From: Candidatus Uhrbacteria bacterium
GTDB taxonomy: Bacteria; Patescibacteriota; Patescibacteriia; UBA9934; GWF2-40-263
Length of the DNA: 64,000 nucleotides
Direction: 5' to 3'
Assembly: GCA_016205975.1 (NCBI GenBank)
Contig: JACQSK010000007.1
Location: 5,328 to 69,327, forward strand
The position numbers and the translations under genes are program-made. The first letter of the stretch is position 1, and each line of letters starts with the position of its first letter. Shown here piece after piece: positions 48,149-55,711 of the stretch. Under the pieces are notes generated by a model. That model did no database searches, had not been told where the DNA came from, and was given only the letters and a program-made list of their open reading frames with translations.

Positions 48149-48471
48149 AATCGCCGCGCCTCATCCTCCTGCTTGCAGCCCTCGTGGTCATCGGGGCCGT
48201 CCTCGTGAACGTCGCGAGTAACTCCGACGACAGAGCGTCTTCGGTTCGTCCAGACGCGCCTCAGGGTGACGGCGCGCGCGCGGTCCTCACGGAGAGTTCC
48301 TGTACAACCGCGGGCGGTATCTGGAACGCCTGCGGTTCTGCCTGCCGCACCACGCCCGACGCGCCGTGTATCGAGGTGTGCGTGGAGTACTGTCAGTGCG
48401 CTTCAGATACGCAATGTCCTACCGGCCTTACCTGCGGCGACTTCGTTGACGGAGTCGGCGTCTGCCTATGA
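48145..48471 (+). CDS. small secreted Cys-rich protein
   Basis: 108 aa; signal peptide then a mature region with 12 Cys (CTTAGGIWNACGSACRTTPDAPCIEVCVEYCQCASDTQCPTGLTCGDF). Start overlaps the nuclease stop by 4 nt. Confidence 0.5.
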   Translation: MKSPRLILLLAALVVIGAVLVNVASNSDDRASSVRPDAPQGDGARAVLTESSCTTAGGIWNACGSACRTTPDAPCIEVCVEYCQCASDTQCPTGLTCGDFVDGVGVCL

Positions 48472-49334
48472 AAGCCATTCGACTTTTTGTCACAAGCATG
48501 ATCCTCCTCATCGCCCTGGGCGCGGCGTTGTATTCGTCTCGCGTGGACGTGATGGAGTGGATTCGGGAGGCAACGGCGCCTGTGTTGCCGGAGGCGGTGG
48601 AGTATGAGGCGGTAGAAGAGACTCGTGATGATTCGGTAGACCCAAACTTTAGCCTGGATGAAGCTGCGGAAGTGATCGATGAAACTCCATCCGTCCCATC
48701 CGTACCATCCGTACCATCCGACCCATCGCCCACACAGGACGCCTCAGACCAAACAGCACCGACCGCCATCAACCTCGCCGTTCCCTTCACGCCCCAAGCG
48801 CCGCATGCCGACTGGGGAGAGCCGTACAAAGAAGCGTGCGAGGAGGCGAGCGTGTACATGGTGCGTCGGTTCTACGAAGGCACGCCCGAGGGTCTCATGA
48901 ATGCCGATCAGGCAGATGCCGACCTCTTGCAGATCGTGGCGTTTGAGCGCGAGCTGTTCGGCTTCTATGAAGACACCACCGCCGAACAGACAGCCACGCT
49001 CGCCGAGCTCATGTTCGGGTACGCAGGTGAGCTCATCGAGAACCCAACCGTAGACGACATCAAGACCCACTTGATCTTGGGCCATCCCGTGATCGTCCCG
49101 GCCGCCGGACGCGAGCTCGGCAATCCGTACTTCACTGCGCCCGGGCCGCTCTACCACATGCTCGTCATCCGCGGTTACACGCAAGAGAATCAGTTCATCG
49201 TAAACGATCCTGGCACCTCCCGCGGCGAGGCGTACCTCTACGACTTTGACACGCTCATGAATGCGATGCACGATTGGAACAACGGCGGCGAGATCACGGA
49301 AGGAAGGAAGGTCGTGCTCGTACTTACGCCGTAA
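48468..49334 (+). CDS. membrane-anchored peptidase C39-like (papain-like) domain protein
   Basis: TM helix, Pro/Ser-rich linker, then VPFTPQAPHADWGEPYKEACEEASVYMV, which resembles Peptidase_C39_2 (VPxxxQ ... C.xAS), with a downstream His. Overlaps the upstream stop by 4 nt. Confidence 0.5.
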   Translation: MKAIRLFVTSMILLIALGAALYSSRVDVMEWIREATAPVLPEAVEYEAVEETRDDSVDPNFSLDEAAEVIDETPSVPSVPSVPSDPSPTQDASDQTAPTAINLAVPFTPQAPHADWGEPYKEACEEASVYMVRRFYEGTPEGLMNADQADADLLQIVAFERELFGFYEDTTAEQTATLAELMFGYAGELIENPTVDDIKTHLILGHPVIVPAAGRELGNPYFTAPGPLYHMLVIRGYTQENQFIVNDPGTSRGEAYLYDFDTLMNAMHDWNNGGEITEGRKVVLVLTP

Positions 49335-49338
49335 CCCT

Positions 49339-49809
49339 ATGGACTATTTTCTCGGTGGTTCTCTTGGAGGCTTAGTCGCATTCGTGTTTGCGATTCCCGC
49401 GATTCTCTTGGAGGTCACGCAAAAAGGCGGGGTGAGCGAGGCGCCGCTCGTCATCGACGTGAAGACGATTTTTGGATTCAAGATTCGTGACAAGCATGAG
49501 GTCTTTTTGATCGGCCTTTTGCTCCACATCGTAATCGGTTTTCTCTTTGGTCTCATCTACATCATCTTCGTGAAGCGCGGCTGGCTGTTCGTGACGCACG
49601 CGCCGTACACGTTTTTGTCGCTGCTGGTCTACGCGATCCTGAGCTGGATCGTCGCCAACCTGGTCGTATACCCGGCGCTGGGTCTGGGAGCCTTCGGCCT
49701 CAAGGAAGGCCGTCACGTCTGGATGGAAACGATTGTGTCGCACCTGATCTTGGGCGTGAGCCTGTGGCTTTTGGTGCAGTATTATCAACCTCTCTTTTTT
49801 GGCACATGA
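49339..49809 (+). CDS. hypothetical 4-TM membrane protein
   Basis: Start set at Met27 of ORF 49261..49809; four hydrophobic helices. Confidence 0.5.
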   Translation: MDYFLGGSLGGLVAFVFAIPAILLEVTQKGGVSEAPLVIDVKTIFGFKIRDKHEVFLIGLLLHIVIGFLFGLIYIIFVKRGWLFVTHAPYTFLSLLVYAILSWIVANLVVYPALGLGAFGLKEGRHVWMETIVSHLILGVSLWLLVQYYQPLFFGT

Positions 49810-50999
49810 CTCCGTCGCTTTCCGTTTCCCAATATCTCGAGCTCGTAAACGTTTCCCTCGGGCAGATGCCAAGGGATTTTGTGATCGAGGGTGAGGTGTC
49901 GGATTTTCGCGTGGCGCAAGGCAAGTGGGTCAGTTTTGATTTGAAGGATGAAAAAGATCAGGCGCTCTTAAAGTGTTTCATGACTGCCTGGCAGTTGAAG
50001 ACGGCGATCGAAGACGGCATGCGCGTGCAAGTCAAAGGCGCTCCGAAGATTTATGAACGCTTTGGGACGTTTAAGCTCAACGTGACGGACGTCGAGCCGG
50101 TGGGAGAAGGAGCGCTGAAGCGCGCCTACGAACTCTTGAAGAAAAAACTGGAGAGCGAGGGACTGTTCGATCTGTCACGCAAGCGCTCGCTGCCAAGGTT
50201 CCCAGAGCGCATCGGGCTCATCACCTCGCGCGACGCAGCCGCGTACGGCGACTTTTTGCGCATCTTGAACAACCGCTGGAGCGGCGTGGAGATCCTCTTT
50301 CATCAGGTCCATGTCCAAGGCCGCGAAGCCGTGCCGGACATCCTCGAAGCCTTTGCCGCTCTTGGCTCCCTCCATCGTCCTGATGTCATCGTGCTGACCC
50401 GAGGCGGCGGGGGACTCGAAGACCTGCAAGCGTTCAACGACGAGCGCATCGCCCGCGCCATCTACGCCTCGCCGATTCCCGTCGTCTGCGCCGTGGGCCA
50501 TGAGCGCGATGAGTCTCTGTGCGATCTCGTCGCCGACGTCCGCGCCTCCACGCCCAGCAACGCGGCCGAGCGAGTTGTCCCCTCGCGCGAGGACGTGCGC
50601 TACGAGGTGCAGACGCTGTGCGATCATCTCTTCACAAAGATGGAGGACGCCCTGCGCGAGCGCGTAACGGTGATCGATGAGGCGACGCGCCGCGTGAGTT
50701 TCCTGTTAGAGAGACAGAAGGAACGACTGGCGCGCGTGTCTGAAGATCTGGTCTCCGGCCCGGAGTTCTGGTTCTCGCGGCTCCGAGAGCGGCTTGCTTC
50801 CCACGAGCGCGTCCTCAAAGAACTCAACCCAAAACGGGTTCTCGCCCGCGGCTATAGCATCGTACGTTCTGGAGGCCGCGTGCTCACAAGCGTGTCGACC
50901 CTTGAAGTGGGGAGCCTGATCCAGGTACAATTTGCGGCAGGTTCAGCGCAGGCGCAGGTGCGTCGCGTAAATGAGAAAGGCCAGCAGACGCTCGTATGA
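49806..50999 (+). CDS. xseA: exodeoxyribonuclease VII large subunit
   Basis: OB-fold N-terminus and ExoVII catalytic core (LTRGGGGLEDLQAFNDE). Start set at Met15 of ORF 49764..50999, overlapping the upstream stop by 4 nt. Confidence 0.85.
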   Translation: MTPSLSVSQYLELVNVSLGQMPRDFVIEGEVSDFRVAQGKWVSFDLKDEKDQALLKCFMTAWQLKTAIEDGMRVQVKGAPKIYERFGTFKLNVTDVEPVGEGALKRAYELLKKKLESEGLFDLSRKRSLPRFPERIGLITSRDAAAYGDFLRILNNRWSGVEILFHQVHVQGREAVPDILEAFAALGSLHRPDVIVLTRGGGGLEDLQAFNDERIARAIYASPIPVVCAVGHERDESLCDLVADVRASTPSNAAERVVPSREDVRYEVQTLCDHLFTKMEDALRERVTVIDEATRRVSFLLERQKERLARVSEDLVSGPEFWFSRLRERLASHERVLKELNPKRVLARGYSIVRSGGRVLTSVSTLEVGSLIQVQFAAGSAQAQVRRVNEKGQQTLV

Positions 51000-51211
51000 C
51001 ATCGAAAAAAACCGTTCTCAATTTTTCAAAGGCGTTTGAGGAGCTTGAGGGAATCACGCGTTGGTTTGATTCTCAAGAGCAGCTCGATCTGGACAAAGGT
51101 TTGAAACAGTTTGAGCGCGGGCTTGAACTCGCCAGCGAGCTCAAGAAAAAACTCTCAGAAGTCGAAAACAAGGTTGAAGAGATCAAAAAGAAATTTGCCG
51201 ACCCCCTATGA
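50996..51211 (+). CDS. xseB: exodeoxyribonuclease VII small subunit
   Basis: 71-aa helical protein (FEELEGITRWFDSQEQLDLDKGLKQFERG) overlapping the xseA stop. Confidence 0.85.
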   Translation: MTSKKTVLNFSKAFEELEGITRWFDSQEQLDLDKGLKQFERGLELASELKKKLSEVENKVEEIKKKFADPL

Positions 51212-51561
51212 CGTACATCCTCTTTCGTTGGATCGTGAACGCTCTCGCCCTGCTCCTGGTCGCCAACGTCGTCCCGGGCTTCGGCGTCGCCTCGCTGTAC
51301 ACCGCGCTCATCGCCGCTCTCGTCTTGGGGCTCGTGAACGCGCTCGTGCGCCCGCTGTTTTTTATCCTGACGCTTCCCATCACGATCCTGACCCTCGGCC
51401 TGTTTACCTTCGTTGTGAACGCCTTCATGATCTGGCTCGTCTCCACGATCGTGAAAGGTTTTGTCGTGGAAGGGTTCACCCCCGCCCTCCTCGCCGCTCT
51501 CTTGCTCTGGATGATCTCCCTCACAACCAACTGGCTTATTAAACAAGCAAAGGAATCGTAA
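51208..51561 (+). CDS. DUF360 / phage-holin-4_2-like 4-TM membrane protein
   Basis: WIVNALALLLVANVVPGFGV ... LVNALVRPLFFILTLPITILTLGLFTFVVNAF pattern of the 4-TM holin-4_2 family. Confidence 0.6.
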   Translation: MTYILFRWIVNALALLLVANVVPGFGVASLYTALIAALVLGLVNALVRPLFFILTLPITILTLGLFTFVVNAFMIWLVSTIVKGFVVEGFTPALLAALLLWMISLTTNWLIKQAKES

Positions 51562-51585
51562 AATCGCCGCTGGGCGATTTTTCTT

Positions 51586-52293
51586 ATGCCCCATGCCAAC
51601 GCTCTGCAACCTTCCACGCTCGTCATCTCCGTCGGCGGTTCGCTCGTGGTTCCCAATGGCGGGATCGACGTTGAGTTTCTCAAAGACTTCCAGGGGCTGA
51701 TTCACGCGCACTTCAAGCGCGGTTGGCGGTTCGTCGTGGTGGTCGGCGGCGGAGGGACGGCGCGCCACTATCAAGAAGCCGCGCGAGGCGTGGGCAAGCT
51801 CACGCGCGACGACCTCGACTGGCTGGGGATCCACTCCACGCGGTTGAACGGCCACCTCATGAGGACCGTGTTGCGCGACGTGGCGCACCCCATCATGATC
51901 AAAGACCCGACCGGCTCGCTGCGCCAGTGGACCAAGCCCGTCTTGGTCGCGGCCGGATGGAAGCCGGGATGGTCTACCGACTACGTGGCCGCGCGTCTGG
52001 CCAAGCGTCTCAAAAGCAAGCTGGTCGTGAACCTCTCCAACGTCGATTACGTCTATGACAAAGATCCGCGCAAGCACAAAGACGCCGAGGCCATCTGCAC
52101 CATTTCGTGGAAGGCGTTTCGCCGCCTCGTCGGCAACACGTGGGACCCGGGCATGAATGTCCCGTTTGATCCGGTCGCTTCACGCCTGGCGCACCACTCA
52201 GGAATCCGCGTGGCGATTTTGAATGGGAAGAATATCTCGAATCTTGAAGGGCTTCTGACTGGCGAACGGTTTATTGGAACCGTCATCGGTTGA
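51586..52293 (+). CDS. pyrH: uridylate kinase (archaeal/short type)
   Basis: Amino-acid-kinase fold (VISVGGS ... VVVGGGGTARHY). Confidence 0.8.
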   Translation: MPHANALQPSTLVISVGGSLVVPNGGIDVEFLKDFQGLIHAHFKRGWRFVVVVGGGGTARHYQEAARGVGKLTRDDLDWLGIHSTRLNGHLMRTVLRDVAHPIMIKDPTGSLRQWTKPVLVAAGWKPGWSTDYVAARLAKRLKSKLVVNLSNVDYVYDKDPRKHKDAEAICTISWKAFRRLVGNTWDPGMNVPFDPVASRLAHHSGIRVAILNGKNISNLEGLLTGERFIGTVIG

Positions 52294-52363
52294 CGAAAAT
52301 GGAAAACAGGTTCATGATGGCCGGTCCCGAATCGTCGGGAGTTCCATCCGTCAGGAGGACGCC

Positions 52364-53242
52364 ATGCAGGTAGACTATGTCATCGTGAGTGCTCCCTCTG
52401 TACGGGGCACGCCGAGTGAAGATGCCTATACGATCGAGGGGGGAGGCGGAGGTATTCCGTTTTTTCTGGCGATCGCGGACGGACACGGAAACGAGGTGGA
52501 CGAAGAGGGGACGCTCGTCAAGAAGTCGCCGACCGTCGCGAGGTTTGCCCGGCGTGTCGCCGAAGGGTTGCGCGAGCAGTTTGCACGCTTTCCCGATCCG
52601 GCGTTGTTTACAGACACCTTTGACGCCGTGGCCGAGCAGGTAGACGCAGAGTTTCTTCCGCTGACACAGCACCTTCGCCCGCCAGGGTCGTTGGATGTGG
52701 GAGCGGTTGCGATCTGCCTCACGGTGGTGGACGGCAAGATCCACCTCGCGCAGACAGGGGACAGTCGCCTCTACGCGGGGTGCACGCGCGGCAGCGGGTT
52801 CACGCTTCTCACGCGCGACCACGACGGACGCAACCTGGGGGAGAGGCGGCGCCTGTATCCTCTCATCGAGGAACAGCGTTTTGCCATCCTCCCTTTTTCC
52901 GACGTCCTGTCGCCGGTTCCTCCGCGGCTGTTTCGACAGACGGAGCGGGGCTGGTATGGGGGGCTGATCCCCACGCGCACGTTCGGCGATTGGGAGTACC
53001 AACCGGCCGTGATCCATACCCCTGAGGTTCAGACCGTTGAGCTCGCCTCTGTGCCTGCGGGAACGCTGTTTGCTCTGTGCTCGGATGGAGGCAATCGCAC
53101 CGTCGAGGAGGTTCTGGGACGGTTGCGCGGACGCACGGATCAGGGCGCGCTCCTGGAAGCGGCAGAGCTGACGCGAGCGCGCGTGAACGGCCCTTCGGAC
53201 GACGTGACCATCATCTACTTCCGCGCGCAGCCGTCTTTCTAA
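52364..53242 (+). CDS. PP2C-family Ser/Thr protein phosphatase
   Basis: LAIADGHGN, TGDSRLY, CSDG and DDVTII metal-binding motifs. Start set at Met31 of ORF 52274..53242. Confidence 0.8.
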   Translation: MQVDYVIVSAPSVRGTPSEDAYTIEGGGGGIPFFLAIADGHGNEVDEEGTLVKKSPTVARFARRVAEGLREQFARFPDPALFTDTFDAVAEQVDAEFLPLTQHLRPPGSLDVGAVAICLTVVDGKIHLAQTGDSRLYAGCTRGSGFTLLTRDHDGRNLGERRRLYPLIEEQRFAILPFSDVLSPVPPRLFRQTERGWYGGLIPTRTFGDWEYQPAVIHTPEVQTVELASVPAGTLFALCSDGGNRTVEEVLGRLRGRTDQGALLEAAELTRARVNGPSDDVTIIYFRAQPSF

Positions 53243-53257
53243 GGCGGCTGTTTTTTT
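53228..53257 (+). terminator. intrinsic terminator after the PP2C gene
   Basis: Hairpin cagccg-tctttctaagg-cggctg followed by ttttttt. Confidence 0.55.
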
Positions 53258-53329
53258 CACGGGATCTTCTACGTTTGTTAGTGTCTCCTGGCTGGAGGTC
53301 TCACGCCCGACCCAAACCAGAAGTTCCTG

Positions 53330-53866
53330 ATGCCATTCCTACAGCGTCCGCCGTCCCTCACGTTCACGGTTGTTCCCTTGGACGATGGTCAGCCATCGTT
53401 TAAAGCCGGTTGCGGACACACCATCTGGAGGATGGAGCGTCTGGTGCTTCACGGCAAGACGGTATGCAAGAGCAATCCGAATTTTTCGGCGCTACCCACC
53501 GGCCCTGACGGGTACCGTGCCATCATCGCACCCAAGCAGTGCATACTCTGCCAGTTCGCGGAACCATTCGCGGCCGCGATCGAATGTGCCTGCTGCCATC
53601 ACGTCATCTTTCGCGGTGACCCCGTGAGCGCCTACTTTTTCACAGGCGAGACTCCCCCCAAGGGATTCGACGAAGCGCGCGCCACGCGCACGCGCAACGG
53701 CTTCGTCGGCTGCATGGGATGGGAGTGCTGCCCTACGAGTGGATTCTTCGCAGGTCACTGGACCACGGAGGGAATCCTCACTCCCTTCTCAACCGGTTCC
53801 CTCGCCGCGCAAGCGCTCGTCGAGGGGAACATAGTCGTCTCTGACATAGAGGCCTTGAAGGGTTAA
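53330..53866 (+). CDS. hypothetical Cys-rich protein (uncertain)
   Basis: 178-aa ORF with 13 Cys (CILCQ ... ECACCHH ... CMGWECC). Only plausible ORF in a 1.1-kb gap. Weak RBS. Confidence 0.3.
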   Translation: MPFLQRPPSLTFTVVPLDDGQPSFKAGCGHTIWRMERLVLHGKTVCKSNPNFSALPTGPDGYRAIIAPKQCILCQFAEPFAAAIECACCHHVIFRGDPVSAYFFTGETPPKGFDEARATRTRNGFVGCMGWECCPTSGFFAGHWTTEGILTPFSTGSLAAQALVEGNIVVSDIEALKG

Positions 53867-53910
53867 CCCGCACGCGACAGTCGCTCCTCCGCGGCTGTTT
53901 TTCTTTTTGC

Positions 53911-53940
53911 ATTGGACAGGCACACCGGTTTGATTGATAA
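53911..53940 (+). promoter_or_regulatory. sigma70-like promoter candidate for rplJ-rplL
   Basis: TTGGAC then a 17-18-nt spacer then TGATAAT, ~420 nt upstream of rplJ. Confidence 0.3.
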
Positions 53941-53959
53941 TCTTCACAGAATCCATAGC

Positions 53960-54355
53960 GAATATTTCATCTCTCTGGTAGACCCAGGCTTCTCCTCCGA
54001 AGGCGGATCCGCCTCTCTCGGAAGCCTGGGCCGTATCAACGCCCTCCGTCATCCTGACGACGAGTCCTCGAGGAGGAAGGATCCCATTTCCTTCGAGCGA
54101 ATGCTCTACAACGGAACCACTCAACTCCGTACGGAATGAACAACGCACCCTAACCGTCTAACCCTCCTCTGCATTTGACAGAAAAACCTCGGCTGGTTAT
54201 CCTGGGGCTCGAACTAAAGATTTACCGTAGACAACGAGCTGGCATGAGCCATAAGTCTCGTCGAGGTGAACAACGAAAGAGCTCCGCTTTTTCGACCTTG
54301 TTCTACGGCGTAAGTCCGTAGTTCATTTATTTAAAGGTCGAACTTTCAATACACT
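53960..54355 (+). promoter_or_regulatory. structured rplJ leader (candidate L10-L12 autoregulatory leader)
   Basis: Long leader with nested hairpins (cccaggcttc ... gaagcctggg around ggcggatccgcc; ctacgg-cgtaagt-ccgtag inside ttcgacc ... ggtcgaa), immediately upstream of the rplJ start. Confidence 0.4.
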
Positions 54356-54362
54356 CTCTCTT

Positions 54363-54881
54363 ATGCCCAAAACACGTGCACAAAAGGCAGAGATCGTTGA
54401 CGAGCTTGCTCAGAAGCTTGGGAAGATGAAGTCCGTCGTGTTCACGAACATTTCGGGATACACCATGGACGATGCCAACGGCCTGCGTCAGAAAGGACGC
54501 GCGGTCGGCGTAGAAGTCATGATCGCTAAGAAGACGCTCCTCAACCGAGCGCTTCAGGCAAACGGCTTCACCATCGCCCCGCAAGAGCTCGAGGGCAGCA
54601 TCCTCACCACCATCGGTTTCGATGATGAGGTCGCCGCCGCCAAGCTCATGGCGGAGTTTGGGAAGGATCGCGAGGCGATCAAGATCGTCGGCGGTATCCT
54701 GGAAGGAGCGTTTGTCGGCGCCGCTGCCATCAAACAACTCGCCACTCTGCCAAGCCGCGAGGCACTTCTCGCCAAGCTGGTCGGCTCCCTCAACGCGCCT
54801 ATCTCCGGCTTCGTCAATGTCCTTGCCGGGAATCTCCGTTCATTGGTTTGCGTCCTTAATGCTATTAAAGCCACAAAATAA
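54363..54881 (+). CDS. rplJ: 50S ribosomal protein L10
   Basis: MPKTRAQKAEIVDELAQKL ... canonical L10. Confidence 0.9.
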   Translation: MPKTRAQKAEIVDELAQKLGKMKSVVFTNISGYTMDDANGLRQKGRAVGVEVMIAKKTLLNRALQANGFTIAPQELEGSILTTIGFDDEVAAAKLMAEFGKDREAIKIVGGILEGAFVGAAAIKQLATLPSREALLAKLVGSLNAPISGFVNVLAGNLRSLVCVLNAIKATK

Positions 54882-55292
54882 ATGCTTATGTCAGACGAAA
54901 CAAAAACCGTCGAGGTTCCTGAGAAGTTTAAGAGCCTCGTTGCGTCGATCGAGTCCATGTCCGTCTTGGACCTCGCCGATCTCGTGAAAGTCCTCGAAGA
55001 GAAGTTCGGCGTGAGTGCCGCGGCTCCTGCCATGATGATGGCCGCCGGTCCGGCCGCTGGCGCCGCCGCCCCTGAAGAGAAGACGAGCTTCGATGTGGAG
55101 CTCACCGCCGCCGGCGAGAACAAGATCAATGCCATCAAGGCCGTTCGTGCCATCACGGGCCTTGGTCTCAAAGAGGCGAAGGACCTCGTGGACGGTGCGC
55201 CCAAGATGGTGAAAGAAGGCGTGGACAAGGCCACGGCCGACAGCATCCAGAAGCAGTTGGAAGAAGCGGGTGCCAAGGTGACCGTCAAGTAA
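54882..55292 (+). CDS. rplL: 50S ribosomal protein L7/L12
   Basis: Ala-rich hinge and C-terminal domain [28 protein letters not shown]. An alternative start sits 6 nt downstream. Confidence 0.9.
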   Translation: MLMSDETKTVEVPEKFKSLVASIESMSVLDLADLVKVLEEKFGVSAAAPAMMMAAGPAAGAAAPEEKTSFDVELTAAGENKINAIKAVRAITGLGLKEAKDLVDGAPKMVKEGVDKATADSIQKQLEEAGAKVTVK

Positions 55293-55303
55293 GAGATACA
55301 AAA

Positions 55304-55333
55304 TCCGCGAGGCTGGCTCGCGGATTTTTTTAT
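55304..55333 (+). terminator. intrinsic terminator after rplL (no rpoB follows)
   Basis: Hairpin atccgcgag-gctgg-ctcgcggat followed by ttttttt. Confidence 0.7.
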
Positions 55334-55707
55334 TCAGAGACGCGGTTGAGGACCGCGCCGTCGATCGTGATCATGTTCGGATCATCGGTGGTGACGACCG
55401 TCATGTTATACTCCTTGCTTCCATCTTTGTAGATTTTTTTGACGAGCAGGGATCCATCCAGAAAGCGCTCCGTGATCGCGTAGGTACCTTCTTCTTTATA
55501 AGAGGAGTCGGTCGTGAGCGTGTAGCGCGTATCCTGAAACTCATATTCCATCCACCAGGGATACTCGTCTTCGTTGACGCCTTCCGCGCGCCAGGTGCCG
55601 GTGAGCTCGTCAACAGAGACGTCGTTGTTTTGGAATCGGGGCCAGAGCAGGAAGCCGCCTACGAGCAGGACAGCGAGGATGAGCGTGAGCCAGTGGTGGA
55701 GTTTCAT
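55330..55707 (-). CDS. small secreted/membrane-anchored hypothetical protein
   Basis: 125 aa with N-terminal signal/anchor (WLTLILAVLLVGGFLLW). Follows the large membrane protein on the same strand. Confidence 0.5.
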   Translation of the reverse strand: MKLHHWLTLILAVLLVGGFLLWPRFQNNDVSVDELTGTWRAEGVNEDEYPWWMEYEFQDTRYTLTTDSSYKEEGTYAITERFLDGSLLVKKIYKDGSKEYNMTVVTTDDPNMITIDGAVLNRVSE

Positions 55708-55711
55708 AGGA

